DNA from: Chara braunii
Taxonomy: Eukaryota; Plantae; Charophyceae
DNA length: 64,000 bases
Reading direction: 5' to 3'
Assembly (NCBI GenBank): GCA_003427395.1
Contig: BFEA01000020.1
Coordinates: 2,272,747-2,336,746 of the forward strand
Below are positions 26,722-40,860 of this stretch, one piece after another. The notes under the pieces are model-generated. The model searched no databases, was not told the DNA's origin, and saw nothing but the letters and a program-made list of their open reading frames with translations. Position numbers and translations under genes: made by a program. Each line of letters opens with the position of its first letter. Position 1 is the first letter of the stretch.

Positions 26722-27562
26722 ACGGAAGTACTGTCATCCACATCAACACGAGTGGGATCAGTTGCTCACCGCTGCCGAGATCGCCTACAACAACGTTGTC
26801 TGTCCTTCCACTGACATGTCTCCATTCTACCTTGACCTTGGCTACCATCTGCGCCTGCCCTCTGATTTCCTGCTTCCCTCGCAACTCAACCCCTCCACAC
26901 CCTGCCCTTCCCTCAATGAATGGGTAGCAACAATGAATTGACTCCTCATAGAAGCAACCGAAGCCCTTAAAAGAACACAAGAACAACAAGCAAACAAGAT
27001 TAACAAACATAGACGAGACTTGCAATTCAAAGTAGGGGACAAAGTCTGGCTCTCCGCCAAATGCTTTGAACCCGAACATGGATTGTCAAAGAAACTCTCG
27101 AACAAATGGCTCGGACCCTTCCCCACCATTGAAAAAACCTCCGACGTCAACTACAAACTCCAACTCCCCCCCGACATGAGCCGCGTCCACTCGGTCTTCC
27201 ACGTCGAACACTTCAAAGAATATCATGAATCCCCACCCCAATTCGCTGACCGCCCATATCCTAGACCTCCACCTATCATGTTACCCACAGGCCCTGAATT
27301 CGTTGTTGAAGCAATCATAGGTCGACGAACTACTCAGGTATCTAACCACCCGGAACCAATCACCGAATACAAAGTCAGATGGACTGGATACCCCGGCGAA
27401 GAATCTACATGGGAACCTCTCTCGAATCTCAAGAATGCCATGAAACTTGTCCGCGCCTATGATCATGCTACTCCTATGTCTAGACACCCACGTAACTACA
27501 ACCCTAAACCCATGTATAAACCTTGCTACAACCTCACAACCCCGTTCTACACACACCCTTGA
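26722..27562 (+). pseudogene. pol: Gypsy integrase C-terminus with chromodomain
   Basis: WDQLLTAAEIAYNN, FKVGDKVWL, WLGPF, VHSVFHV, EFVVEAIIGRR..YKVRWTGYPGEESTWEP. Confidence 0.93.
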
Positions 27563-28483
27563 ACCCAGTCCACCCTCCCCTCAAATCCGATTCCTGATGT
27601 CTGATCTGCCCTTGCCCTTGCCTAGCCTTGTCCCATCTGTCCTCTCCACTACCTTGTCTCTCTTGTCCAAGGCTTGTGAACCTGCGTGACGCCGGCGATA
27701 AAGGATCTAATGGCTAGCACACGAGGACGATGGCCTGCTGCGTCACTGTTCATGGAGATTATGCAGCTGGTTTGACCACCATGCTGTTTCATCGGTCGGC
27801 ATCCCGACTCGCGGACTTCCTAGAGCAGCAACTTGTGACATGGATCTTTGCATCAGTCTGCGACCTCCTTGCTTCCAGATCAGACCTCATTGCAGTTCAT
27901 GTACCGGACGCACCCTAGCACTTGGACTTTGGACAATTGAACTACCGTTACGCTTCTTGGACTTCTACCTGTCGCAGCCGCTGAAGACCGCTTCTACCAC
28001 CTACTCCAAGACCTGATCAAGACCGCGGCAGATCCCCTTTCAAGACACTTGGACACTTTGTTCCTACATGAGATTCTGCTTCCGACTCCTTCGGACACAC
28101 CAGCCCTTGCCTCCTCTTACCCACTAGAATATCAATAGAAATTCCCTGTTCCCCTGACCATTGTTTCCCTTACCCACCAGAACATGAATAGAAATTCCCT
28201 GTTTTCCTGAACATCGTTTCCCCTACCCAGTAGAACATCAATAGAAATCCCCTGTTCCCTGAACATTGCTTAGCTTCCCCTATAGACCCACCCAGTCACA
28301 TCATACCTTCACCTGTGCAGAACACCAGACGGAATACCCTGTGACTTGCACCACTCCCCTTCTCCTTCTCTGACCAGTGATCGGCCCCGTCCCGTCCTTC
28401 ACAACTCTTTTTGTTTCCACAACTCTTTTTGTTTCCTTGGTTTTTTGGCAGCCGGGACGTTGCCTTTCAGAGGGAGGCGATAG

Positions 28484-28955
28484 TGTTACGGACTCCGCCA
28501 GGGCTCGATCCCTGGTCTATCTTTTTGCTGTTTCTGCTGCATCCCGTTTTCGGCCTGGCACCCTTTTTTCCAAACCCCTCCTTTGGTACCGTCGGATTTT
28601 GGACAACTGGCGCCATGCTGCAATTCGGGCGCCACTTTCAAATACCGCATTTTTCAGTTCTTCCCTCAGGGCTTTTGCGGAAATACCCCTGGTACCGTAC
28701 GTGTCACCGGTACTTATACCGGCTCCCCGTACAGTACGGGGACCAGTCTTGTACCAGTTTTCAGCTGCTCTAATTGTACTCAGTGTGACTTGCTGTTTCG
28801 GCATTCGGAATCCAAGACTTCGACTTTGTGCCCTTGCCACTGTGTCTGTGTCCGACCCTCAGTCGTGTCGAGTGAGTGAGTGTGTGTGTGTGCTCTCACT
28901 CTCTCACTCTCTCTCTCCTCTCCCTCGGCTCTCCCTCAGCCTCGCGCTCGTCACA
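28484..28955 (+). repeat. 3' LTR (TGTTAC...GTCACA)
   Basis: Preceded by purine tract AGAGGGAGGCGATAG. TG...CA ends. Confidence 0.8.
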
Positions 28956-29299
28956 AGGAGGGTGTGTGGCGATTGATGGGTCCGCTAGGTTGGGCACTGG
29001 AAGTGGAAGTGGCACCATACCTGGAGCTTGACGTAGAGGGAGGAAGAAGAAGTCTCTCGTTACTTGATTAACTCTGCCAATAATTGGTTTGTGGATGGTG
29101 TAACGTCGTTGGGATCCTGGGAATTTTGTGCTGCTGATTGAGTTGGAGATAGACAATATTGTTGAGAATTGATTAAATTCAATTCTATTTTTCGTTTGTG
29201 AGCTTCCGCTGTGTATTTTCATCATTGTCTGATATGGATTGCTCTCTCCATGTCTACTTGTCACTGCACATGTGTATGGGAACGTGTGAATGCCATGCT

Positions 29300-32200
29300 G
29301 GATTCATTTTCAATCAGGCACATGACACTTGTCTCCCCACGCTTCCGGGGTGAGGTGGTGGACTGGTGCTATGATTCCTGGGGGCGGTGGCCATGGGTAA
29401 AGATGAGATTGGAGAATGAAATATGAGGAATCACCACGGTGTTCAGGTCGGTGAAATTATTTTAGCCGGAGACTTTAACTGCGTGGTGTCACCCCCTCTC
29501 GATGCTGCAGTAGACAGATGTAATGACCCACCAAAAACACACACTGAGAACACTGCGGATTTCTGGGATTTGCCGCTGGAATGAATGCCTTGCTGAGATT
29601 CTCGCATTCTGCTGTGGTTTCCAAGTCTGTGTGTGTGTGCCTGCCTGATGGTTTGCATTCCTGTCTGAGTGCTTGTCGGCTGAGTGTGTGTGTGACCCGC
29701 AAGGGTACTTGTTGGTTGAAAGGGACCGCAGGGCCGGTACTTACCTGTGGCCGTGACTTTGAGGGTTGCAGCGGGGAAAAACACTCAAGTAGCGGGGGTA
29801 GGCCCGTGACACTTAGAGCAGCGGGAAAAACACTCAAGTAGCAGGTAGGCTGGTACCACTCAAGTAGTGGTAGAACTGTCGGGTACTGGAGACCGAGCAG
29901 AAGAAGACAAAAAGTTGGCATTTTTAGAGGCCCAGTAGCGGTAGGTTAGAGGTAGGCCGGTACCAGTCCAAGTAGCCCGGGTCTAGGGCCTGTCCGGACC
30001 GATAGCAGAGCCTGCAATGATGTTTCCCTCCGAAAGGGAGGAGGTACCGGTTGCTGGGAGGCCACTCGGCCTAGGAAGTCACCGCCCAAGAGGCCAGTAG
30101 GCAGCTATATTTTCGGGAGGAGCAAGCAGCTCCTCCTCTCATTTGCGGTATGCAAGGATTGGCAACATGCTGCTGGAGCACAGCACTGGACTGGTACAGC
30201 ACTGCCTGGAGGTGAAGGGCAGCTGGGCGCTCAGCCTGGCTATGGCGAGCAGCACAGTTTGAGGAGGAGGAAGAAGGGGGCTAGGGAAGAGAGTGGTGAG
30301 GCACCTACCTGGCTATGGTGGACACCATCCTCATCACCTTGTTGGGCGCTGCATCTGGAAGGCCCCAGTTGGGGTAGTGCCGCACCAAGGAAGCTCGAGG
30401 CAGAGTCAGGCATGGCGGCCTAGTCAGCAGCGGCATAGCTGCTTTGGGTTGTCCTTTGGACAGGAGTGCAGCGCCATAGCTGCTTTGTGTTGTCCTTTGC
30501 ACAGAGAGGAGCAGAGCCCTCAGTTGTCCGCCATAGCCTAGGTTTGTGAGAGGTGGGAGAAGGGGGGAAGCCATAGCTATGGTGGACCTGTTGTTGTTGT
30601 TGTTGTGTCAGCAGTAAGAGGGAACTTCGGATACTGATTCTGGTTCATCCACTCATTGTTATTATTATTACTGGAAGAAGAATAAGATTGGCGAAGTGAA
30701 GGAGGAGGAGGAAGGTGAAGAGAGAAGGGGGATTTGTCATTGGTTCTTCTTCTTCTTCTTCTTCTTCTTCTTCTTCTTCTTCTTCTTCTTCTTCTTCTTC
30801 TTCTTTCTATCTTCTTTGGTCTCTATCTCTTTGCAAGTGCTTTCATTTCTTTCGCAATTGGGTGGCATTGTCTTTCATTGTGAGTTTGCACTTTGGGAAT
30901 GACCAGGATTGTAACACAGATGGGTGGAGGCAGATTCACTGGCCCTGATTATGAGCATGGCCACGCTGGGTTGCAGCGACGCGTACCGGGCCCTGCACCC
31001 CGATGAAAAACCATTTACCTTCTAGAGGAACACTGCCATGCAATCCAGCCGTATTGACATGATCTTTCCTTGCAATCCAGCCGTATTGCATGATCTCATC
31101 CACTGCAGGACTCATCGACAAGCTGGAGCATGTGAAAATACACCCCACGGCAACATCTGACCACACTGCGGTCATAGCCAGCTACTTGCCACTTGGTGGG
31201 GAATTCGGACATGGGCAGGCCACCGAAGGCTATTCCAGCATGGGTCTTTAAGAGCCCGATTCTGGGAAGGTTGGGTGCAAGGCTGCCAACCAGACAATGT
31301 CTTGAGCCAGGTTGTTGATGCCATCCACGACCTCCGGACCCGGTTGGCGGTCGCCCTCTAGAATAGTTATTTGGCGCATCAACAGATGGGGGAGGAGTTT
31401 GCACACAGAGTTCAGGAGCCGTTTCGGGGCCGGACGGGAGGACAGATGAAAGTTGAATGGTGGGCGGAGCAGGTGGAGGCCGCCCTTGCATGGACGGAAT
31501 GGCAGGTGAAGGCGGTGGTGAAATGGGGCCGACGAACGAAGGGAACATGAACGCTGGTGGGAGAGCGGATGTCGAGGAAGTTTTTTGTGGCAGTGGGCAC
31601 CAGCAAAGCCCCGACGGTAATGTCAGCAACGGATCACCCGTTCAACGATCAGATGGGAAGGCAGCGGATGACACTGGTTATCCTGACGTGTGACACTGGT
31701 TATCCCGCAGAGGAGATGGACAGCGAGCCACAGCAGGATGTATGGCAGCATGTTCATGCTCAATTGGATCTGGAACGCAGCTGCAAACTGGAACACGAAA
31801 CATTTCACACGACGAGGTGAAGCGAGCCATTGCAGAGTTGCCTAGATTGAAAGCACCCGGTCTTGATGGCGTGCCACTGGTGTGGAGTTGTACAAGGACT
31901 TCAGGCACTTCTTTGTGCAACTCCTCCTGCTGGCATACAATGAGGCCTTGTGACATGAAGGTGCCGCTGGGGTTTGCAGACGCATATACTGTCCTGCTGT
32001 ACAAGAAAGGGCTCAGCGAGGATGTCCGCAACTGGCGCCCAATCTCCATCCCTCAATGCCATTTACAAAATCCTGGTGAAAGTGCTGATAAATGGGCTGC
32101 GCGAAGTGCTGCCTACGCTCATTCACCCCACTCAAACGGGGTTTACACTGGGAACGGCGGGAAGGGAGATTTTAGCAAAGGTAATTCTGGCGCACCAAGT

Positions 32201-33508
32201 GCTGGAGGAAGGCGAGTGTGGGGGACAAACCACGGCCTTTACCTCAATAGACCTGGAAAAGGCCTAGGATAGGGTTTGATGGGAGTTTCTGCTGCAGGGG
32301 CTGGCTCAGTGGGGATTTGGGGGCATGTTTAGAGGCTGGATTAGGTGTTCGCTGCGCTGGGCAACAACAATCATGCAGGTCAACAGGGTGAGATCCAAAA
32401 AGCTACAGGTCACCTGATCTGTGTGGCAGGGATGGCCGCTGTCCCTGGCCTTGTACGTCCTGTACATCCAGTTTCTGCACAAGATTCTGAGGGCCGACAG
32501 CAGACTGCAAGGCCTGAAGATGCAACCATACGAGCTGCTGCAGTCAACAGCTTTTGCCGATGATCCGGGGGCGGTGATCCCCCCCGCGGGGCCGCTAGCT
32601 GGCGCTGCTAAAGGAGGACTTCCCCCGGTGGTGGCACCGCTGACGGACTGGGACGTACCAACAGCTTTCTGCAAATATTCCGGGGCCCGGATTAATTGGG
32701 CCAAATCCAAAGCCATGCTTCCCCCGGTGGTGGCACCGCCGACGGACTGGGATGTACCAACAGTGGAAGGGGACCAGAGAGTGATGTTTCTGGGCACTAA
32801 TCTCACTCGCAGTTATGGAGCTGTGGAGCAGATGGCAATGCGGGCGGTGGCCGCTGTAGTACGACTCAATACATGGTCCTAACCGACTGGACTGGGCATT
32901 TCCAGTAAGGTGCTGGTCATAAAACACTCCATGCTCGCCACGCTGTGGTATGCAGGCGCTATTCACATGCCGGGCCACCGGTTCGTTTCAGTACCTAAGA
33001 CGAGCAATTCATGCATACTTGTGGTCCAACAATGCACACGCAGAGAACTCCATATGCAGGGTGGCGTGGACCAAGCTCATGCAGCCGTTGTGGAAAAAGA
33101 TTCGGATGCAAAATCAAATGTCCACCACGGCGGACGGAGCCCACAGCCAGCTGCTGTTCGGTAATAGGTTCATTTGTGACCGCAACGGGGACCCGTTCCC
33201 ATGGAGAGGGAGTAGGCACAGAGATGGTTTCACAGCGGCCCGATTTTGGAAGAGGTGGGAAGCGTACCCACTGCTGGTGGGCAAGGATCAACAGCGGGGC
33301 TTCCAGTTTGGTCACATCCTGCAACAACATGTGCTGCCGGTGGAATAGGAGCCACCAAGTACCATTAGGATAGTGCGAAAAAAAGGATTGTTGAATTGGT
33401 TAGTTAACTTAGTAGTTACTCATGACTTCTCCTAAATTTCCTTGAATTTTCTTAATTGATTCTCAGCCGAAGCCGGGTAATGGCCCCGGTATTTCAGAAA
33501 AAAAAAAA
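29300..33508 (+). pseudogene. Decayed L1-type LINE ORF2 with A-tail, interrupted by a solo LTR
   Basis: LAGDFNC, DAYRALHP, SRID, SDH, KAPGLDG, NWRPIS, DLEKA, QGWPLS, AFADD, FLG motifs. A-run at ~33498-33508. Confidence 0.85.
29519..30916 (+). mobile_element. Solo LTR with 4-bp TSD CAGA; contains (TTC)n at ~30743-30805
   Basis: CAGA|TGTAAT...GTAACA|CAGA. Removing it restores the LINE frame LDAAVDRWVEADSLAL. Confidence 0.85.
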
Positions 33509-35905
33509 GAAAGGATAGTGTACAGTATGTCAGAGATGGTGGGTGATAGAGTAGGGAGTGCTTGGGGGGGGGGAGAGGTTAGTTACCATGGTAGGATGAG
33601 ACGGGTCAAGGGCAGGGGGAGAGGGGGGGTGGGAGAAAACTTGGAAACTTGGAAAATATGGGGTCGGGGTAACGTCCTGGGAGGGGTGAGGGGAGGTTAG
33701 AAGAGGAGTACTGCTATAGTGGTTAGAATGGATGTCCGACAAGAGGAGCGGGCCTGTGGCGAATAAATGCAGGATTAGGTAGGAAGGGAGGCACGAGGTG
33801 GGGAAGTGGGGTGGAAGAAGGGATGGACGTAGAACACTGCTTCTATTTGGTGGGGAGGGAACTAAGGACGTAGAACACTGCTTCTATTTGGTGGGGAGGG
33901 AACTAAGGGGCAATAGTGGTACAAAATGGTGTGGCCATCCTGGAAAGCCTGTGAGGCCGGTAAGGCAACCAGCCCATGCCCTGTGCACCCATGGTTCACT
34001 TACTGTGTGACCGGGTACTGCTAGTAAGTCTCCTGACCACTAAATGAACCGGAAGGGGCCCAGGGGACAGGGAGGGAGGAGGTCCTTAAGTGGTGCCCCC
34101 TTGGCCAGGTGTCTAGGGCCGCAAGGGTAAGGCTGGTCTTATGCTGAGTGTTCGAACATTCGGTTTGTGTACTTGCTTGCCGGTGATGAGCAACTGGACT
34201 GATGGCCCACAGAATAGATGCCCATCCCCCTTAAAGGGGTAGTTTTTTTTTGTTTGGGGGGGGGGGAAGAATGACAGGGACGGACTGAAATTGGGTGCCG
34301 AATGGGCAGGGGCACAAGTAGAATTTGTTAAGGGCCGGTAGAGATTTTCCAGCAAGTCGGTTGGGCCTAGAAGGGTCCAGTAGGTAATGATGGTCCAGGG
34401 CCTGAATGTAGGTTGGTAGAAGTCCAAGTTCAGGGCCTGCAGGTAGATATCAGTCTGCAATGAAGTTCCCACCAAAAGCAGGGAACACCGGTAGGCCTAG
34501 TGCACCCAAAGGAGGCCGGGTAGAAGCAGGTAGTGCCCGGCCAAAAGGTACCACAGGCCATTTGGTGCAATTAGCGCTCATTCACCCAGCAGTCATGCCC
34601 TTGCTCCGCCAAGAGGAGAGTAGGGGAGCTCCTGGAGGTTGAAGGTGGATCTGGAGGGTGAAGGAGAAGACCTCAATGGCTATGGGGGTGTAGTTGGGAG
34701 AGGAAGCCATAGACCTAGGCTAAGGAGGTGAGGGAGACAGACCTCTAGCCGGGCTCTGGTGTAGTCGAGGTAGAGGAAGGAGGTGGAAAACAACAAGGAG
34801 ATTCACCTTTGGATACGGTGGACTTTATCTTCTTCTCTGCTTCAAGGAAGCCCCTGAGTGAGTACCGGTTCGGCATGGACTCCCTCCGGAGAGAGTAGGC
34901 ACGGTGGTAGTTGAGGGAAGTGGACATGCGAGTGTTTGCATTGTCCTTTGAACATCCGTGGTATAATTCGATGTCCCGCCATAGCCAGTAACCATACTGA
35001 GGTGGAAGGAAGGTGAAGAAAGCCAAAGGAGGCTCTTTCCAAGGCTGGCGGTAAGAGAGAACAATCGGACATTGATTTTTGGCTCATTCATTCATTGCCG
35101 TAGCCTATTATTGTTATTAAGACGTTGGAGATAATGTTGAGGGAGAGATGATGGGGAAGAGTTGAGGACGGTGACGACATTGGTTCCAACTTCTGTTTAT
35201 CTTTTTCTTTCTTCCATTGTTCTTCTTCCCTTGTCTCATTCTCCTTCTACGTGAGTTGCAATTGAATGCATTGTCTCTTCTTTGAATTCTGTATTATGAG
35301 CTGACCAGGATAATAGAACTTCTAAAGAAAAGAAAGATAGGGAAAGGGAGGGAAAGAAAGAGCAATTGTGATAACACAGACAACATGAAATGGGATGGGC
35401 TACTTACATTACAACATCGTTGCCAAGTGCAGCCTTGGCTCTGTTGACCAGGTGCTTCAGATACTGACTTTCATTCTTACTAGGTCTGTATGCACCAAAC
35501 TCATTTTCCACCTGGAAAATTGAATACCAATGATGACAATGAATAGGTGGTCAGGATTAAATGGAATACCATCACTGACAAAGACTGGGCAATCAGGATA
35601 ACATTATCCTTCTTTCAACCACGTGCTTCACATGTCGGCTTTCATCCTTACTCCGTCTGCATGCCCCAAACTCATTCTCCACGTGACAAATTGAATACCA
35701 ATGATTACAAGGAAGCGGCCGTCCGGATGAAATCAAATACCATCAATAACATGGCACGGACAATCAGGATCCAACCTTATCCCTCATCAACCAGGTGCTT
35801 CAGATACTAACTTTCATTCTTACTTGGTCTGTACGCGCTGAACTGATTTTCCACCTGGCAATTCAAGTGCCATCAATAACAAGAAATGGACAATCGTGTA
35901 CCAGT

Positions 35906-35964
35906 AGGCCTAGCTCAGTTGGTACACCCATGAACTGTTGAAATACAGACGTAAGCTTGAATCC
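35906..35964 (+). pseudogene. tRNA-derived head (A box, degenerate B box)
   Basis: GGCCTAGCTCAGTTGGTAC...GCTTGAATCC, similar to 39754 and 55445. Confidence 0.6.
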
Positions 35965-37077
35965 AACTTCCGTCTTCACCCGAATAGAATGCCCGGTAAT
36001 TATGACTGTACCTGGGCTGGAAATTGCACCAAATAGAGCTATAATGACCGGGTGTTCTATTCGGGTGAAGACGGTTGTTGAATGAGGCAGTCGATTCCAC
36101 GATAATATCTCAAGGTTGTCACCCTTTATAAAAAAAAAAGAACAAAGGGAAGAGACCAAGGAAGAGAGGAGGTAAAAGAACGATTCGAATATCACTATTA
36201 ATCAAACAGACACCAATAACAAAGACTGGACGATCGGGATCCAATCCTGTCCCTCTTTCTTCCCTTCTAGAAGCTGGCAATGTCCGAATTGCTGCACTTT
36301 GTGGCTTTCCTTTTCCCATCCTTACTTTCTTGTGGGGTAGGCAGTGGCAAAGACTATGATGATTTAACAAAGGTAAAGGTACATGACCAGTTACGAGTTG
36401 GGGTTGCTTCGAAAACAGAGAGCAAGAGACTGTGAGGCAGAAGGGAGCAGGGTTAGTGGGAACAGGCTGGTAAGGACAGAAAAGCTAAGAAAATAGGGTC
36501 AGTAACCCAGTGTCAACAAGGCCAGAATATGTGGCCCATTCTGACCCCCATAGAAAATGGGGGTTGCCTCTCATACCATGGTTCGCTGTTTGGCTGGTCC
36601 GACCATTCTTTCCCAAACTATTTCTGTGTCTTTTTTTTCCATCTCCCCTTCTCCCTTTTTTTTGTTTTTAAAGAAGAAAAAAAAACAGCTGCCTTCTCCT
36701 CGTATGGGAGACAGTTGCATTTTTTCCTACCCTATTATCTTCTCTCAATGTGTCTTACACTAGCTACCCATGTCTATGTCCTACCCTTAATCCTAAGGAA
36801 AGACCTGGAATCACAAGCAGCGAATAACCAACTAAGCTAGAATCACCAGGAGTGGGAGCGAAACGCCTTAAATACACTACTCAAACCTGAACAGCCGCAG
36901 GGTTATGGGTCTAAGCCTACCAATCTCTGCTCTGTGCAGGGAGCAGCACCCAAGCTCCTAACACCTGGCACGGGCTGGGAAGACCAATCACCACTTCCAC
37001 AACCAGCCAGGAGGCCCAAGCCGAACATCTCCGCTGGTGAAGCCGAAGCGTAACACAGGAGGCCGTGGGGGATTGAA

Positions 37078-37151
37078 TGGACGACGTGGGGAATCGAACC
37101 CGCAACCTCCTGAATACCACTTACGTGCTCAAACCAACTGAGCTAGCTCGC
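37078..37151 (-). pseudogene. tRNA pseudogene / tRNA-SINE head
   Basis: TAGCTCAGTTGG A box, GGTTCGATTCC B box, CCA end. Acceptor and anticodon stems are poor. Confidence 0.75.
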
Positions 37152-37704
37152 TTGGGCTATTTCTCTGTCTTATTCGGAACAAAAAGGGAAATAAAAAACG
37201 TTTGCATTTGTTGCTAGTCATCTCCCATTTTTTCCCAGTGAAGTGTGTGTATTTCTGACACATCACCAACGGTATTTGTCAACGCCCCCAACTAATTAGA
37301 AGTATGTCAAGCACTTGTCCCAACTAAATGGTAAGGATGCTTTTAAGAACCCATTCCTTTCGCCCTTTTAACAACTTGTTCCTTTTGTCTTGTGTCCATC
37401 AGGATAGACACCTAAGAAACATTATTATTGACAATACGCATGAAGGCACGATTGGTACCACAAAGTACTACATTGACCATAACATTGCAGCAGAGGCAGG
37501 CGTGCCACTTCATGGCCCACATCCAGTTTCAATTGCTATCCGTTTCCCAGCGAACAGCCATTAACTGCCATTTCGTCAAAACAAAGATTTTGTTTTTGTA
37601 TAAGGAAAATGGGCTTTGCTGGAAAGCCCAAAAAAAAAGGCCAAAACTGTTATGAGGGTTTGTCGGCCTTTGGAGAGAGAAGGTTAACAATAGTCGTATT
37701 TTTC

Positions 37705-38190
37705 ATCACCACTTCAGGACACCCTTCACCACTTCAGGATGCAGCCTGCCTAAATAGGTGGTTTTCAGGGTCTTCGGACCTTTCACCACTTCAGGACCAT
37801 TCAGGTCTGAAAATCCTGAATGGTCCTGAAGTGGTGAAAGCTCCGAAGACCCCGAAAACCACTTGTTTAGGCATGCTGCATCCTCAAGTGGTGAAGGGTG
37901 GTTTTCATGGTCTTCGGACCTTTCACCACTTCAGCACCATTTAGGATTTTCAGACTGCCATAAACTCTCACTTGACCACTTCAGGACACCCTTTCAGACT
38001 GCCATAAACTCTCACTTTACCACTTCAGGACACCCTTTCAGACTGCCATAAACTCTCACTTGACCACTTCAGGACACCCTTCACCGCTTCAGGATGCAGC
38101 TTGCCTAAACAAGTGGTTTTCAGGGTCTTCGGACCTTTCACCACTTCAAAACCATTCAGGATTTTCATACTGCCCAAAACTCTCACTTCA
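37705..38190. repeat. Palindrome with ~90-bp arms centred near 37810, plus 41-bp tandem repeats with CCACTTCAGGA core
   Basis: ACCATTCAGG-TCTGAAAAT-CCTGAATGGT at the centre. CAGACTGCCATAAACTCTCACTT x3. Confidence 0.85.
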
Positions 38191-38511
38191 GAATTTTCAT
38201 TCCTGAATTTTCAGCTATCCGATAACCGCTTGTGCCTTTGGACTCACTTCAGTCCAGATACTACATCCGACATTCGGGAGGGTCTGCCAGATCCTTAGAA
38301 GAGAAATTTTGATAATTTTTTGGCCTTTTTATTGAAGCTCACTTTCGTCCCCCCCCAAAAACAATCAAACCTTTCTTTTGAAGAAATGGCACTTCATTTC
38401 ACATCCTACAACAGTTATAGGTCAACGGGTCACACCAAACGAACAAAGAACTTCCCTTTTGGGGGGGAGCTTCTTCTCCCACGGGATCCTGGGATGGCTA
38501 GAGGCTACCGC

Positions 38512-40013
38512 TGTCGGCCCAAATACCCTTACAACTTACAAGGGTATTTGTCCATATTTTCGCAAGGCACAGAAACTGCATTTCTAGCGCAAGCTGGGGT
38601 AGTAGTGCGTCCATCCTTTTGTATAGGTCGCATCCAACTCTCAACAGTAAGAGGAAGGGAGGGCACTTTGTTTGTATTAGAGAGTGTGTGAGCACTTTGA
38701 GACACGCATTGATTATCTAGATGTCTGACGGTTCCGGGAACTGGTGGTCCGGCAAGAGATCTCGCACAATGGTGCAAGATAGAGAAATATTAAATTTTGA
38801 TAAGCATGCCCGCGCACACTGCAGGCGCGCGCGCAGAAGCAAGTATTTGTGTAACCGACATCAAGGTTGACTATTAGTGTCGTGATTCGAGCTGATTATT
38901 GTTGACTTGCTGAAGCAGCACCGAAGTCAATGTAGGACGGAGTGCATGAGGCACCTTGATTATTGTGTTGTGGCTTGTCGGTCGGATCCAACTGCAGCCT
39001 CGGCAAGGCATACGTAAACGGCGTCTGACACAGGTAATAGGTTGGGAGTTGTGTCCACTCAAGTACCGAGACCGTTGGCCAAAATAGTAAAACTACAGGT
39101 TGAAAATGGCCGCTCACACGGGCCTGGAATTGGAGGCGAGCACAACGCAGACATGGGCAGAAGCACGCACAGCAACAATAAACGGTTTCCAAATCTTCGC
39201 GTGGCAAGAGCAGGAGCTTGACGGCCGTGGGTTCAGTCGACAAGCCAAGTTGTGGCTTTGGCGCGGTTCGGTGGGCCAAGGTGTGGCCTTGCTTTATTTA
39301 TGCAGGTCTGGACACGGGGCAGATATATTCATAAGAAATTTGGCCCCCGCTACAACCAGACTTGCGCTTAGCCCTATTGGCTACGACATTTGACTTTCAC
39401 GTAACACGTATGGGGATGAAGGCCAGCTGACGGCGGAGGAGCAGCTGAGTTAATGGAGGAGTTGAGGGTCTGGCAAGACTATCCCCTGTGGTTTTGTCAT
39501 CGATCCCGGGCCCTCTCTGGCATGAACCGAGGGGTTGAGGGTCTGGCAGGACTATACCCCTTGGTTTTGTCGTCGGTCCCAAGCTCGGGGCCGAGTGGCG
39601 GGATCGAGGAAGTGCTAGTAATAACCTTTTCCCTCGCACTTCGCTTTTCTCGTTGTTTATTATTTAAAAATTTTAATTACTATTTTATCATCCCTTTTTA
39701 TCCCACTTTTGAATGGGCCCAGCACTGGCTCCGAGACTGATGGTGGAATCAACGGGCCTAGCTCAGTTGGTACATCTACGAACCATTGAAATAAAGACCT
39801 GAGTTTGAATCCGGATGATGGAACTTAACGAGTAAAACCAAATATTTTTTGTTGTTACCCTCGTGCTCAGTGTGGTCATGGTCATCCTCATTACCTGAGT
39901 GATTGACCTTGTTATCTGCATGGTCGTCGGCATGCACTTTTATGGACTGCTTGTGGTTGTCAGTGGTACCTGTAGTTAGCACCCTATGTCAGACTTCAAG
40001 TGCTAGTAATATC
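38512..40013 (+). mobile_element. E2: 5' end of a TGTCG element (left flank CCGC), with tRNA-like head at 39754-39812; 3' part absent or displaced
   Basis: CCGC|TGTCGGCCCAAATACCCTTACAACTTACAAGGGTATTTG. 39832-40012 is homologous to 62939-63335. Confidence 0.7.
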
Positions 40014-40213
40014 AGAACACAGCAAAAGCTCATAATTGACAATGCTGGAATAGTCTCATCATCATCAACGAAGAACCAATGTCGATATCCTATCTGGCAC
40101 TCGGCACCCAGACTACAAATGGCAGATCCTATCTAGCCTAGTCTACAATGCCGCCGATGATGTCAACAGCTCCCCGAGCAGATCTCGGCCAATGTCGTAC
40201 GCTTCAAGCACCA

Positions 40214-40824
40214 TGTATGTCTCTCGTATCACTCACAACCTCGTTCCCCAACTCACAGATGCCACATGCACCCAAGGACCACCATGCGCCCCATCCAGCA
40301 TACAGCAGCGCAGCTCGGCTACGGCTGCCTGCTCCTTCCATCTCGACCATGAGCACTGCCAGCGTTAGCGCAGCAGCACTTGCGCAGCATGCAGCCAGTG
40401 CCCGAATGCCCAATGCGTGTGCAGGCCCTTTCCTAAATGAAAGTGGCCTGCCTGCCTTGCATGCAGCCTGGCTGCACTGGGCCTCCGCCCAGAAGCTTCC
40501 AGTAGGCCCAGAGAGGCGGAGCCCCAGACCAAACGGATCACGCCCAAGGCCTGTGACGGTTACCCGTGCCCAACTGCCCGTAGCCTGAGTTGGGTCTATG
40601 CTGCGTATCTCGCCCAGGGCCTGACTCGGATGCATTTGATAAAGGAGGACAGGGTTTGGGCGCTTTTAACCAACTGGCGCTGCGCAACTATCTGAATTTC
40701 CCCCCAGTTGCGACGTAGTCCAAAATAGGCCTCTTGTCGTCTGTCGCGCCTGCCTTCACTTAGGGCGGCCGACACTGTTGCAAATAGGGGCCCAATATGG
40801 CTTATCAAGGCCTTGTGCCTCACA
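40214..40824 (-). repeat. Gypsy LTR flanked by both a PPT and a PBS-like site (shared LTR of a tandem)
   Basis: Minus strand GGAGGAGGGAA|TGTGAGG...CATACA|TGGTGCTTGAAGCG. Confidence 0.8.
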
Positions 40825-40860
40825 TTCCCTCCTCCATACTTCGGTAGTCCTCTGAGAAGT

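Noticed and set aside
37078-37151. Functional tRNA gene
   Set aside because: Acceptor and anticodon stems do not pair and CCA is encoded; treated as a pseudogene or SINE head.
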